Assembly: GCA_045650745.1 (NCBI GenBank)
Contig: JAZRRN010000043.1
Span: forward strand, 5,901 to 69,900
Direction of reading: 5' to 3'
Length of the DNA stretch: 64,000 nt
Source of the DNA: Candidatus Caccovivens sp.
GTDB lineage: Bacteria > Bacillota > Clostridia > Christensenellales > UBA1242
A program made the translations under genes and the position numbers. Each line of letters opens with the position of its first letter. Positions within the stretch are counted from its first letter, which is position 1. Positions 34,801-40,625 of the stretch are shown here, piece after piece. Below the pieces are notes generated by a model, which did no database searches, was not told the origin of the DNA, and was given only the letters and a program-made list of their open reading frames with translations.

Positions 34801-35336
34801 TGCAAGAAAACAACATTGTTGGCATTATCAATTTGGCAATTGTTTACAGCCGTATGCATTGGGAAGATGATTCAATCTTTATCACCGGCTTTGCTGGACA
34901 AGGAAGCGAAAAGAATCCTTACAAGATTGGTTCGACAACCGAACTTACCCTTCTTATGAAGTTGGTAAACAGTGGATCAAGAAATGCAAATGGCGAACTC
35001 TATTCGAGAATGCATTACGAATTGGCACGCAACATTGATTTGTCAGAAAAATTCTGGACACCAATCGGCACAGTTATGCACCCATTTGAAGGAGTGTTCA
35101 ACTTCAATGGACACACAGTCAGGGGTGTGCAAAATGCTTATGTTTACAAGAGAGTAAGCTATGATGGTTTGTTTGGCGAAGTTTCTACGGTATCTAGATT
35201 GCTTTCAAACAAAACTGCTTCTTGGTATTTCTATTTGATTGGATTGCTTGGGGCAGCACTTGTTGTGACAGTGATTGTCATTCTCGTTCTTACAAGAAAG
35301 AGAAGAAAACGCAGAAGAAAACTTTCAAACCAATAA
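16836..35336 (+). CDS. Giant (6166 aa) membrane-anchored surface protein/adhesin with GLUG-type heads, InlB-B/Flg_new-like and MBG/YDG-like stalk domains
   Basis: AAGGAG Shine-Dalgarno and signal peptide. WDG...DIDL...WTPIG...FDG modules with many GGLVG repeats, stalk motifs GYxFxGW and LxAxW, KxYD/YG motifs. C-terminal TM followed by RKRRKRRRK. Confidence 0.9.
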   Translation: MKKRNLFISVLILVFGLFTALSFFDVGKGQNNIVYADSTNASEWDGTTPTSASQVTLADFYDNGSNEARIRSAAGLAYFAHTINTYSGSKTYQNYTVYLETDIDLKNHAWTPIGTNSFFEGTFDGQKHTVYNIKIAADGAYAGFFGMVVGNIYNLNLENITYASVAQYVGGLVAHFSYISNPNTISDCSVDKITYTGNTSVTHFGGLVGFAGTADSTISKSRVLRLNVSSSTTNIGGLVGTSVANIRECYTEGSFSVSGTGVYVGGLVGSMGKGISGSYNPEIYDSFSTVGIKLSAKEITAGGLVGIVDNILKNTFKYVLRTSYFAGSISGTSSSVGMNATVGGLVGVINATNAQLTDCFSLATLPTDKTLYTTTKTPKVTKCYDNIATSGSRYVKELKDFAYIEGFYGSDRYWTGERMDSGVAGFKTYKTLWDFDTIWGIEFGMNNGLPYLRSTNIFSNNHDSYYSGKTEMGLDVLQGAGTVDNPYKIFTAADLGYVSFYYNELNYEAQKAKPGAKVYYALQNDIDLTGKTWMPIGTYTATKAFQDVFDGNGFTISGLTCSQHESFSHYGLFGRTSNGAVIKNLTMKNVIYLTSPSSSTVGKGTFIGSVDGETYLINCRDENCASTSDKDNPSIGTAVTNKKLFIVAGENSHNINLSNLKVNQYERLYQVEIDSAGGIFYSSTVASKQATNKVNKGIYKLVLTSDGKIYQDSKKNPIKIDETYNTMLPTTSDNEEYAKSYLDLLIKKGFKLAGYQVANVKDGQVLNLSDTKVDNLTDALAKLETGATTIRLVALWNDMGFYNTSTAVKVKIVYNDYERDNFYAEYAASTTWNVSKNAQGKPVVYIDYNLEYDSVLEEDYPELFDTPYVIKSGQRVYMRNNDFEVDQIWTTYSASKFTNAVSRGQFANSRIDNSQWHASWKAATSKITGNALPTTYNFTIKFKQIAHEETYNDYRDYAGDFELADAIESITYRRSAQDFKVETVVEFSEMTNGTFTFSYDTTNSVDKSQYIMLKVNLKEGYSFPGAVSFGDLQSGKKNTNFGILTVGNADKGATGYFSAQKKTLATEGVLFYNLVGNYTLNLTVQRDLVQHVVEAGLYHAFAPNLQDVQNVYAYAVVDNEEVQYELKINGKGLQGLHVGLDVKNKAIISSDPEFGSIKLVTNSSGGWSYMDNGKEVKLVFNQNSPSGFSMYLRYVTATGDRFFEYRYQVMANGYKNEEKLYIYELSELPRYGDYETDETRIDFVLNFNLNLNYLTWPEETVEHYTDTDFVFLASTEDTAIVFNDYVTQAGWDDYFPDEIKVGGEGGATHTALIEAEGAGGIKQPRKFVVEFVRIGHGYSTNYYEIKAVEKYTEASFRIKIVDSNGNMIMPGESPTSEFMHVDIPKYLITEDGTVTFKIATTPYYTIRNAFDASGTPQLIFATSATDTSELYNIHINPRKVSLDKGIGESDESYQQRCRDYMDALARENERYFTREGRGPSISITNDTFEIALPYNRATNAIGLQPGNYEITITCEIVYYKLEYGTRFLAYQDRDVLESELTLDNTGDGVYLAEEENSQINTYALREEADYDSAVQNIQYDDRMFIATQLGPNQAYYFKGWYIEAYNYQGYIKIGPDLFTSESFDFFYSDYYVDPAIVPEEYNTRYQTRIYAVYIKKQVTLTVYDNGIMLDENGIEGVDVEKYLFEFEITDLQFKIGETTPLTEQIYSYSSNATEPLLLNGLSFSKNSGFGYYFDGYQLVDEAGRALQTVESVLIFDLHDYIKDMLENPANGEQYINERTLYLKPLLRQKTARILLYSGTGTATSYGDFKDNGIVYDYSGNESTDDVYEIVQMFYTQTITLDATEGYEFLLNGEETNLSANAVFASRKGYQLEPMKPWSVVEGNKGSLDGSYFELNSNYFTEETADVNYLEIHIYRAWKANEYTLVFGRGTGTFTPNTDAESVTVKVVYDQEYGSDCRLLSGVPTLSKIKYTGYALIGWNYTHNDGVTVTTEFDAAGLFIGSALFDENGRYILEDPETGLPADMVYLMPEWGSGIYTIHIYTNGADTVNGIAVSGDKKENYLEYKINYNKTFAQMFVGSNELDYVDLSSIVLTRKGFHFLNFSIKDGNYIAEITKDQIFDEFIRGVSLTRTPALTIYAQWSFDSESLQLELNNSYLPSLTYNGQNQTVYLADYFYEGNYTAVGFNIDTGANVLDIALKDANLTSLTIRFESLNATKDQGQMSFSVKDCLTAGAYTATLYLSVDDEAKYLGLGTIWSAVLNFNIIVDAAQVEIDDSVTSEEVYVSNIKRILSPYITAAQKSNLDTRVSLATTAAFVRGLESGLDALSDIQVYEYTMVKYYFISITNDSSILVYKNWTYQDYLDMRTSNAELADAIINQMKYFDFYQYANNSGKQEIASYRSLTLTSPTVANVSSDLEVVSLEINSYQILAQTFYTARVYLRSIGLGSGVTNYNLSYDESANKYYIEGLEIFILPQVLIVENRQAEKSSYYNAYSTPEIEWQGSREYVDFEGQLHYLIEGNIYVAATLTTSTVGSKDGDTQFSFVDPTNYLYFVETSIVRKVGEELTESLTDFKLVMAESDIYTILNVNGIVDVIIDARYLTRNEGLLSFEQVDGSLATSLLKIVAVTYTQSGKETTISDENGLAERAYSDGGAYFEIYTNNENMVYARINPAVTSISVIATETNLTEYISLYKWSQYAEFTVDGTMVTDGAYTINRSDIEISEDSLTEVTYYAIYTDLVKAVYNYGFPEGFGLDTTAESVLRLGVSTAADVMQPSVAGFQLMELQAERLDGSRVNYANIFTGAIGAGGGKTFVGLSSSAKFVTVNFYALWKAEEMQTYQILTTKKYPVEQFLGLNQEEVVGFDNKNPLIFTYTYKWLFEGELVKEGEVLQLAGNGTFNQTGNYSLVVTCSIIEEFKQALYDPGTGGTTTETINFYLEFVRNKIISIQFPDESTSVYDGRDQANQWGIEITFTQYNNSTDDYQIAYSTATLYNSTVGSLYTQMYFNGGSDPVEEMKNAGYYIVEVCYSPAAYILEDGLTQTSFVYTITPFVADIETLNVGFTKKFNTADPVLEVDTIFTAEMVTLQFSRVLGEDVGIYNIYFEDIAQEYKGNYIFKMGSTTLFENGVKTVDCQTTAVGQFEIQKTGALKFAYETSAVNPAHIVRGYSNKGYTFTINSDFVMQILSDGNVLHTFNLKLYDVSTNLEITSLEIKNLIRAQMGDVSPKFYSTELLDIVYESAVYTYRFEIGEQMSRYFASVEFDQNYAFEVGQIQIDVSAIDFNKVYDAKTTATFDQLGNAVDLDEYVGMYILATYATSHAGDNIKVDLSLNNNDPTTNLGNYALAATSTTATILKRSATLTVSMTSANYVYGDISLRNIVDKVASIEVFDTDGNDVRSWLIDGYYTIRYGLVDTVQVNGSGYVYKGNYTLQITSTFDDFNMTVVAPSFTIDALDIELTLGEGYISVTAVEKIKAAYEDVYSVGSTGDFLDISYRVVGQTVGANAQVGLWDLALNQSSFLEGSVVLLLPAGNEAFEVILATNILYLRLDPAQTSLLTKQYISSNYALSADGANKQLLITSVVTQTIDMKFFTLEDENEVAINSADVSFDSIEITATGGVFSFQNAGSYRLVLKAEASGYETVVFDQEYYFIIEKQMINVDNLTLEKEYSGDSVGIIENFAEKLGSDNVSILTRYKTAEVGDNIEVSIFLQGAQAPNYQLSAEKAFGKITKANAVLSLTQTSLVYGMINSSNLFGHQLLVNGNVVPTSQYTIAFTVVDGRYSDFGYLNVGSYNIEATIVSNSYQITYVPTLVQITPYELDIEFLTNGLATYSYGAPETLTDEFAFEYQTQLFEDITLILTRESGFAVGNYRVIDGRLDGAETNYTLLSLVDNSSEGMFRILKAIETVYLLLSNDETVTLGGTTATIEYDGYAYDSVVVEERSAGFYKLVIYNSRNKGVKREFELNAYSLSNGTYTKIAGQIENLTAQVQFLNASNVKNIGTYEIFAGDITANNYNVMLGQNGAQYAYFFRILAKKLYFKQTVVSKVFDNKSALFVYENAADMLDGVVEGENIVLTIRLLDAGGMIVKYAGFDYTVDATIAGDTIGNYDFTRKTTLDGTPITGRIERAEIFIVLNTQKFKYGDDIDLKYSYRTDVDLTGYDMTRMSISVSPSADAANYSSTGCLNAGEYAAVVTYSFEDFFCDKFIVDNAEQPSTTGSSFVVEKVELTLVTMSNLSFQEIFTKTYDETVDVQLVRDGTEVLGITGIVTKGGVYDDVAIVSATYARETIGEGIVVTINIDGADSQNYTIATWNHGVINPVIVFIEFDDNTEEETRSDVIINGLVEISELAYPFVSASNVTSNSANTQTSTNKNFPTMLTGKTGHSFSHWVMIFSNIATETEEYTFLQSLISNYAMTATYNSGQLSVIVANDAKTANFLNALLRDEEDTLNKYYYKNHEDITITFTAVWGVNKFNINITIADENGRNAQYGSVEIDDRDASTENRFVTTTYRQQVEYGKGVTFIATANAHSKFFGFYRDSANAYEADGSTILINGNIIGFESVTREYNLIVRFRSQKITLELDLTEHPEAAIVAGNFNLVETGRYQLTLSYFEIEERKMDFLPSIDRVGYETIALKVGATQIAKEMYSQTLISSFVESEFDDEIISFIPVYTSIGLVVILDYGYDGITKTIAVSYDAPYQDAEGWDEAPSRYGYQFVGWFDHNSNKIVGTSIVSYTQEHTLTAQWDINKSTILFTVLNGRIENSTLEFTKGGNLYIANDVEYLKEISFKLVANQGYVFEAVWAPEFTTTTNADGSLQVVFVMTANDYVYTLPIVARINRVVTKGAFVEGVTAFDITIDEVSITVVDGAFDIETGKTVKLVVTASRGYQMTDNVEFDSSLGLLVDKTLSNGTLIMQLAGIFQDLEITFEAEEQINRITIEFEDITKVERVMVGDLTYADPTQVDVVEIETAQILKLGIVYKHGYTYGFNETNEFETRAREVSSNQCEIIVSEIYSSGNIKIYHARAKFTVTIEVLSYNQDKELVNEPGNIALADGENPLQVEYLSTISLTYESATLYSFAGWSEDGESVFGSANGQRYTVTDNVRLYAIFSTMKFYVTFETYNYYQIYTEYNDPTKTEDVFEEVESKYYDEETSEEITSAEIYYGASKNILLEVKEGYKYAGYGFWKDGEFVFLTKTSVTDQLATVSLMSSLFDEDVQEFTLYLLIEAYGSSFNFITEINIDGIRENNINTAYINLSNEKGEDVNRFGYVDGTRIHYSEEDFVDEELLDNKKFSVIAYTGNEVYIKLVIEKEGYVFDKIVSSRDDIAFDVYERTDDYIMFVFNEFIGGEDFDFEILIKPVLNTINLAFLNNDVRVDGGAFDISLDENNAYKVWTSGNQMTYTQVSAYTDSRFVVYAYIRAGYYWKNDGTGIVDESGLIVEGSLEYEDLVIEQSGYTGRIKFEVADYIKENTISILVFTSLYSVRLVEDGQTLAIIKDVTFGSTLNLSEENTTNITIVDDRLGFMGGQLRFDAMKRENHSFEGFFTYENGAGVRYINANGEAINSWAESGYILDTITSLYKLSTHAKVVNEETGEIEITLYLYWAYLKTRIEFNFVPEIDTKYTAKDMISGVDFSNSWFYETSPHYIEVSFNTPIVISAPEFEGYKFYAFVLSQRNHAGVWLQDVMIYTPQTPWSTNDVDRIVECQIKIIYYAHVNVLVSGGEANFKITQDNADAQSKALLLENYVDTEKTFTIEALPIGGYTFESWSVLHEDEDIEDETITLQIDKEATLVINLSGRPATLWFNEYSTQFGQIVQVAAYSLNLSKATYEMGYYSNGTFEKTITQVLVNVGDTVEFKVKVDSGFAVYWNRAEITFGRYDKGFYYFEMKVGTSMADQIMEIIPTFDNTIVSLYVSSSFDPIDIVDKTLDQNNIAAAGSIKHNGRATRVVVIETGKEILLETATTKRYEIVSITIENYGRSFGDMYEFYDDDTNTILLTPEYLQENNIVGIINLAIVYSRMHWEDDSIFITGFAGQGSEKNPYKIGSTTELTLLMKLVNSGSRNANGELYSRMHYELARNIDLSEKFWTPIGTVMHPFEGVFNFNGHTVRGVQNAYVYKRVSYDGLFGEVSTVSRLLSNKTASWYFYLIGLLGAALVVTVIVILVLTRKRRKRRRKLSNQ

Positions 35337-35388
35337 TTGTTTCAAATAATTTGAAAAAATCTTAATATAATAAAGCAAGGAGAATGTT

Positions 35389-36147
35389 ATGCAATTCCTT
35401 GCTTTATTTTTTTTGGGGATAATTCAAGGCTTGACCGAATTTTTGCCGGTTTCGTCTTCTGGACATTTGGTTTTGTTTTCAAAATTGTTTGGGATTGAAG
35501 AAAGTTTGTTTGTAAGCATTTTGTTGCATGGGGCAACACTTTGCTCAATTGTTGTTTGTTTTTCAAAAGACATTTGGCAAATGATAAGGCACCCTTTTTC
35601 AAAACAGACAATTTTGCTTGCACTTGCCACTTTGCCAACTTGCATTTTGGCATTGATTTTTCTTCCGGTTGTCAAGCAATCTTTTTCTGGTGGGTTGTTG
35701 CCAATGTGCTTTGCTTTGTCTGCTGCAATTTTGTTTTTGGGAGAGGTGTTGTCCAAAAACAAACAAAACCAACTCAACAACAAAACAGCAATATCAATGG
35801 GGATAGCGCAAGGTTTTGCAATCTTTCCGGGATTGTCTAGGTCTGGCACAACCATCAGTGCAGGGTTGCTTGCTGGTGGTGACAAAAAATCGGTTGCAAG
35901 GTTTTCGTTTTTGATGTCAATCCCAATCATTTGCATTTCGCTGTTTGCAGAGATTTTTGAAATTGCATCAACCAAACAACAAATCGCTCTGCCGGTGTGG
36001 GGTCTTGTTGTTTCATTTTTGTCAGCATTTGTGACAGGAATTTTTGCAATCAAAATTATGATGAAGCTTACCGAAAAAGCAAACCTTAAATGGTTTTCGG
36101 TTTATCTGATTTTTATTTCAATCGTTTCGCTGTTTGTTTTCTTTTAG
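35389..36147 (+). CDS. uppP: Undecaprenyl-diphosphate phosphatase
   Basis: GIIQGLTEFLPVSSSGH, PGLSRSGTTI, ARFSFLMSIP. Confidence 0.96.
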   Translation: MQFLALFFLGIIQGLTEFLPVSSSGHLVLFSKLFGIEESLFVSILLHGATLCSIVVCFSKDIWQMIRHPFSKQTILLALATLPTCILALIFLPVVKQSFSGGLLPMCFALSAAILFLGEVLSKNKQNQLNNKTAISMGIAQGFAIFPGLSRSGTTISAGLLAGGDKKSVARFSFLMSIPIICISLFAEIFEIASTKQQIALPVWGLVVSFLSAFVTGIFAIKIMMKLTEKANLKWFSVYLIFISIVSLFVFF

Positions 36148-36192
36148 TGCATAAAAAAACTTTTGCAATAGTAAAATGTTGTAGGAGAAAAA

Positions 36193-38808
36193 ATGCAACA
36201 AAAATATTATCAAAAAAGCATAAGCGAATGTATGATGCAGTTTGCTGTTGGCTGTGATGGGCTTGGACAAAGCGAAGTCGCAAAAAGGACTGCTGAAAGT
36301 CAGAAAAAGATGATAGCTCCTGCAAAAAGGAGATCGACTTTTGTCAAATTTTTGCTTCAACTCAAAGACTTGATGGTTGTGGTGTTGTTGGTATCTGGCG
36401 TGATATCCATAATCATCGGCATTGTTGAAGGTGGTGTTGGTGAGGTTGTTGACGGTGCCATTATCTTGGGCATTGTGGTTATGAATGCACTTTTTGGAGT
36501 TTATCAAGAGCGAAAAAGTGAAAGGGCAATTGACAGTTTGCGAAAGATGTCCCAACCAGAAACTTTTGTTGTGCGAGAGGGGAAGTTGTGCAAAATCAAA
36601 ACTTGCGATTTGGTTTTTGGGGATATTGTCAGTCTGTCAGCAGGCAGTATCGTGCCAGCAGATTTGCGTTTGATTGAAAGTGTAAATTTGAAGATAAACG
36701 AATCTGCCCTGACAGGCGAAAGTGAACCTGCAAGCAAAGATTGTGATGTGGTTTTTGAAAAAGAAACTGCTTTGGGTGATCAAAAAAATATGGCGTTTGC
36801 TGGCAGTGTTGTCGAAGGTGGACATGCCAAAGGTGTGGTTGTTGCACTTGGTGCCGACAGCGAACTTGGAAAAATTGCCGAAAGTTTGAAAGAGACGAAA
36901 AAAGAACTCACTCCTCTGCAAAAAAACATTCAAGGTGTTGGCAAGGTTTTGACATATCTTGTTTTGCTTGTTGCAAGCGTAACCTTTGTGCTTGAAGTTG
37001 TGGCAAATCCAAACGAAATTTTGAAAGCGTTTTTGACAGCAGTTGCAATTTCTGTTGCAGCAATCCCAGAAAGCATGCCGGCTGTGATAACAATCATCAT
37101 GAGTTTGGGCATTGCAAAACTTTCAAAACAAAAAGCAATTGTCAAACGAATGCATGCAGTCGAAACTTTGGGTGCGTGTGATGTTGTATGTTCGGACAAG
37201 ACAGGCACTATCACACAAAACAAAATGAAAGTTGAAAAAACTTTTGTGCTTTTCGACAAAAATTCTCAATTTTTTGAGACTTTTTGCAAATCTATGACCT
37301 TGTGCAACAATGCTGCTGTGGGAGATGGTGGCTATGTCGGAAGTTCGACAGAAGTTGCTTTGGCAAATTATGCGAAATTGCAGGGATACGAAAAAAGCAA
37401 TTTGGACAAACAGTTTGCAAGAGTGGGAGAAATTTCATTTTCTTCTCAACGAAAACTTATGACAACCTTAAATGTTGTTGACGGCAAAAAAGTTTGTTAT
37501 ATGAAAGGTGCATTGGATAGAGTTCTTAAAAACTGCGACAGGTGTGTGCATGATGGAAAAATTGTGCCACTTGACGAAAGTTTGAGAAAGAAAATCGAAA
37601 AACAAAATTCGCAAATGTGCAAAGACGCACTGCGAGTGATTTCGTTTGCATACAAAGATGTTGACTGTCAAGAAATAAGAGAAGAAAGATTTGTTTTTCT
37701 TGGATTGTGTGGCATTCAAGACCCTCCACGAAAAGAAGTCGCTTCGGCTGTGCAAAAATGCAAAATGGCTGGACTTAGGACGGTGATGATAACCGGTGAC
37801 TACAAAGAAACTGCATTTTCAATCGCAAAACAAGTTGGCATTGCTGAAGAAGTGTCGCAAGTTGTTTCTGGAGAAGAGATTGACAAGTGTAGCGATCAAG
37901 ATTTTTTGAAGCTTGTGGAAACAAAAAATGTGTTTGCGAGGGTTGGCCCTGCACACAAAGTTCGCATCGTGCAAGCACTCAAACAAAACGGACATATCGT
38001 TTCGATGACAGGCGATGGTGTCAATGATGCACCAAGTCTCAAAGCAGCAGACATTGGGCTTGGTATGGGCATTTCCGGCACAGATGTAGCAAAAGATGTG
38101 GCAGATGTTATTGTCACAGATGACAATTTTGCAACAATTGTTGTGGCTGTCGAAGAGGGGCGAAAGATTTACAGCAACATTCAAAAGACAATCAAATATT
38201 TGTTTTCTGCAAACATGGCAGAGATTTTGGCGTTGTTTTTTGTGACAATTTTGTGTCCGGGTTTGACATTTCTGCTTCCTGTGCAGATTTTGTTTGTAAA
38301 TCTTATCACAGACTCGCTGCCAGCAATCGCATTGGGGATAGAGTCTGGTGAAAAAGGCATAATGAAAGATCCACCCCGAAGCAAAACTGCATCACTGTTT
38401 TCAAACGGCGTGGGGATAAGCATTGTTGTGCTTGGTGCCGTGCAAACACTCCTCACAATGTCTGCATACTTTTTTGGTTATTTCACAGGTGGCGAGGCAG
38501 TTGCAATCACTATGGCGTTTTATACACTCAACTTTATTCAACTTTTTTATATGTTTACTGCTCGCACAAACGAAAATTGTTTCAAAAGCAATCCTTTCAA
38601 AAACAAGTTTTTCAATTTGTCACTCGTTGTTGGTTTTGGATTGCTAACCCTTATTGCGACGACAAGATTGTCCGAAATGCTCAAACTTACAAAACTCGAT
38701 TGGCTGTGTTGGGTGATTGTGATTGCGCTGTCAGTGTCTATTGTTTTTGTCGGCGAACTTTTCAAAGTTGTTTCAAAAAAGATAAACAAAAAATTGCATT
38801 TCAAATAA
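36193..38808 (+). CDS. P2A-type (Ca2+) cation-transporting ATPase, YloB-like
   Basis: LTGES, AIPE, CSDKTGT, KGA, DPPR, MITGD, TGDGVNDAP, NLITDSLPA. Confidence 0.93.
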   Translation: MQQKYYQKSISECMMQFAVGCDGLGQSEVAKRTAESQKKMIAPAKRRSTFVKFLLQLKDLMVVVLLVSGVISIIIGIVEGGVGEVVDGAIILGIVVMNALFGVYQERKSERAIDSLRKMSQPETFVVREGKLCKIKTCDLVFGDIVSLSAGSIVPADLRLIESVNLKINESALTGESEPASKDCDVVFEKETALGDQKNMAFAGSVVEGGHAKGVVVALGADSELGKIAESLKETKKELTPLQKNIQGVGKVLTYLVLLVASVTFVLEVVANPNEILKAFLTAVAISVAAIPESMPAVITIIMSLGIAKLSKQKAIVKRMHAVETLGACDVVCSDKTGTITQNKMKVEKTFVLFDKNSQFFETFCKSMTLCNNAAVGDGGYVGSSTEVALANYAKLQGYEKSNLDKQFARVGEISFSSQRKLMTTLNVVDGKKVCYMKGALDRVLKNCDRCVHDGKIVPLDESLRKKIEKQNSQMCKDALRVISFAYKDVDCQEIREERFVFLGLCGIQDPPRKEVASAVQKCKMAGLRTVMITGDYKETAFSIAKQVGIAEEVSQVVSGEEIDKCSDQDFLKLVETKNVFARVGPAHKVRIVQALKQNGHIVSMTGDGVNDAPSLKAADIGLGMGISGTDVAKDVADVIVTDDNFATIVVAVEEGRKIYSNIQKTIKYLFSANMAEILALFFVTILCPGLTFLLPVQILFVNLITDSLPAIALGIESGEKGIMKDPPRSKTASLFSNGVGISIVVLGAVQTLLTMSAYFFGYFTGGEAVAITMAFYTLNFIQLFYMFTARTNENCFKSNPFKNKFFNLSLVVGFGLLTLIATTRLSEMLKLTKLDWLCWVIVIALSVSIVFVGELFKVVSKKINKKLHFK

Positions 38809-38821
38809 TGCAATTTTATTT

Positions 38822-38850
38822 TTGCATTTTGCCCAAAAGTGTGATAAAAT
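38822..38850 (+). promoter_or_regulatory. Sigma-A promoter, leaderless arrangement for holB
   Basis: TTGCAT-N17-TAAAAT, then 6 nt, then ATG 38857, with no Shine-Dalgarno. Confidence 0.7.
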
Positions 38851-38856
38851 CATTAT

Positions 38857-39813
38857 ATGAATTTGACAGAAACAATCAAAAATCAAGATTTTTTTCAAAA
38901 ATTGATCGAAAAAAAAGAAAACAATTCGCTTTCAAATGCGATGTTGTTTTTTTGCGAAGATCAAATCACAAGTGCAAAAACTTTGATTTTGGCAGCATTG
39001 ATGTTGCAATACAACACTTTTGAATTGTTTAATGAAAAAAGTGCAGAGTTTGTTCGTGTTGAATCTGGTGTGGATTTGGATATAAAAATCTATCCAAAAA
39101 ATGGCGAAAAATTGCTTGTTTCAGATTCAAACGAAATCGTGGCAGAAGTTTACACAAAACCAGTAAACATGCAAAACAAAATTTTTGTTATCAACAATTT
39201 TGACATTTCTACACAAGAGGCACAAAACAAACTTTTGAAGGTGCTTGAAGAGCCACCAAAAAATGTTTACTTTTTGATCAGTGCGCAAAGTGAAGAAAAA
39301 GTTTTGCCAACAATCAGAAGCAGATGCGACAAAATCAAAATAAATCCTATGACACAAGAAGAAATGTCAACAATTTCGTCTGACAAGATTGCCTGTGTTT
39401 TGGGTGGAGGTTATGTTGGAAAAACTTTGCAACTTGAAAAAAACGACAGTTTGAGAAGATTGACTGAGTTTGTTGTAAGTTTGTTTACACGACTTAAATC
39501 AAGCAAACAGGTTATCAAATTTTCAAAAACAATGCTTGAAGAAAAAGAAAATCTTGATTTGATTTTGGAAATTATGTGTTTGTGCATAGAGGATATGCTC
39601 AAGCTTAAGTGCGAAAGCGAAAATTTGTGCAAGCTGACAGCATTCAAACAAGAGTTGCAAGATGCCGAACCAGAGTTTTCGGTCGAAGCGTTGTGTGAAA
39701 TTTCAAAATTGGTGTCAAATTTAAGAGAAAAATTGGAGTTTAATGCAAATTTGACGGTTGCAATAGACAACTTTTTGTTGAAAATGTTGGAGGTAAAATA
39801 CTTATGCAAATAG
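38857..39813 (+). CDS. holB: DNA polymerase III subunit delta-prime
   Basis: AQNKLLKVLEEPP, LPTIRSRC, and position upstream of ricT. N-terminus is degenerate (no recognisable Walker A or Zn-Cys cluster). Confidence 0.88.
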   Translation: MNLTETIKNQDFFQKLIEKKENNSLSNAMLFFCEDQITSAKTLILAALMLQYNTFELFNEKSAEFVRVESGVDLDIKIYPKNGEKLLVSDSNEIVAEVYTKPVNMQNKIFVINNFDISTQEAQNKLLKVLEEPPKNVYFLISAQSEEKVLPTIRSRCDKIKINPMTQEEMSTISSDKIACVLGGGYVGKTLQLEKNDSLRRLTEFVVSLFTRLKSSKQVIKFSKTMLEEKENLDLILEIMCLCIEDMLKLKCESENLCKLTAFKQELQDAEPEFSVEALCEISKLVSNLREKLEFNANLTVAIDNFLLKMLEVKYLCK

Positions 39814-40625
39814 AAGTTGTTGGAGTAAAATTTAAAAGCAGCAACCATGTTTATTCTTTTGACCCAAACGACCTCAAACTCAAAAATGGGGACTATGTTT
39901 TGGTAGACACAGAAAAAGGCACAGATCTTGGCTGTATTGTTAAAGAAAAAGATGTTATCAATTCGGAAGATTTGGTTTCGCCACTTAAAAAGGTTTTGAA
40001 AGTGGCAAGCAAAGAAATGGTTGAAAAAGCTGAAAAATATGATGAAGAAGCAAACAAGTTTTATCCACAAGTTAAAAAACTTGTAAAAGATGCAAAACTT
40101 GAAATGAAAGTTGTGAAAGTTGAGGCTAGTTATGACAATTCGAGATATATCGTCAACTTTACTGCAGAAAATCGTGTAGATTTTAGAGATTTGGTAAAAA
40201 AACTTGCCGAACTTATGAAAAAGAGGGTAGAACTTCGCCAAATTGGCAGTCGTGATGAAGTGCGCATGCTTGGTGGCTTTGGACTTTGTGGAAAAATTTG
40301 CTGCTGTGTGCAAAACTTTGGAGAGTTTGATCATGTTTCTATGAAAATGGCAAAAAATCAAAACCTTTCACTCAACCCTGCAAGCATAAGTGGGTTGTGT
40401 GGCAAACTTATGTGCTGCATTGCTTACGAAAATTCGACTTATCAAGAGTCCATCAAGGTTATGCCAAAGGTTGGGACGAGTGTTTCTACAAAAGATGGAA
40501 ATGGCAATGTCGTTTACAACAATCTTTTGGATAGAGAAGTTGATGTAAAATTTGTTAAGGGTGATGATGTCGAAATCAAAACCTACAAACTTGAAGAAAT
40601 TTCTTTTAAAAAGGAAAACAAATGA
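39804..40625 (+). CDS. ricT: PSP1-domain protein RicT/YaaT
   Basis: RVDFRDLVK, ELRQIGSRDE, CGKICCC, MAKNQNLSLNP, SGLCGKLMCC. Confidence 0.93.
   Translation: MQIEVVGVKFKSSNHVYSFDPNDLKLKNGDYVLVDTEKGTDLGCIVKEKDVINSEDLVSPLKKVLKVASKEMVEKAEKYDEEANKFYPQVKKLVKDAKLEMKVVKVEASYDNSRYIVNFTAENRVDFRDLVKKLAELMKKRVELRQIGSRDEVRMLGGFGLCGKICCCVQNFGEFDHVSMKMAKNQNLSLNPASISGLCGKLMCCIAYENSTYQESIKVMPKVGTSVSTKDGNGNVVYNNLLDREVDVKFVKGDDVEIKTYKLEEISFKKENK

Noticed and set aside
16836-35336. Tandem DNA repeats, DGR variable/template repeats or a CRISPR-like array within the giant genes
   Set aside because: No near-identical nucleotide repeats were seen by eye and there is no reverse transcriptase or cas gene in the window. 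A dot-plot would be needed to exclude subtle cases.
39411-40361. 316-aa antisense ORF over holB/ricT
   Set aside because: Shadow ORF with Phe/Ile-rich composition mirroring the sense codons, no Shine-Dalgarno or motif, and fully overlapping two confident genes.
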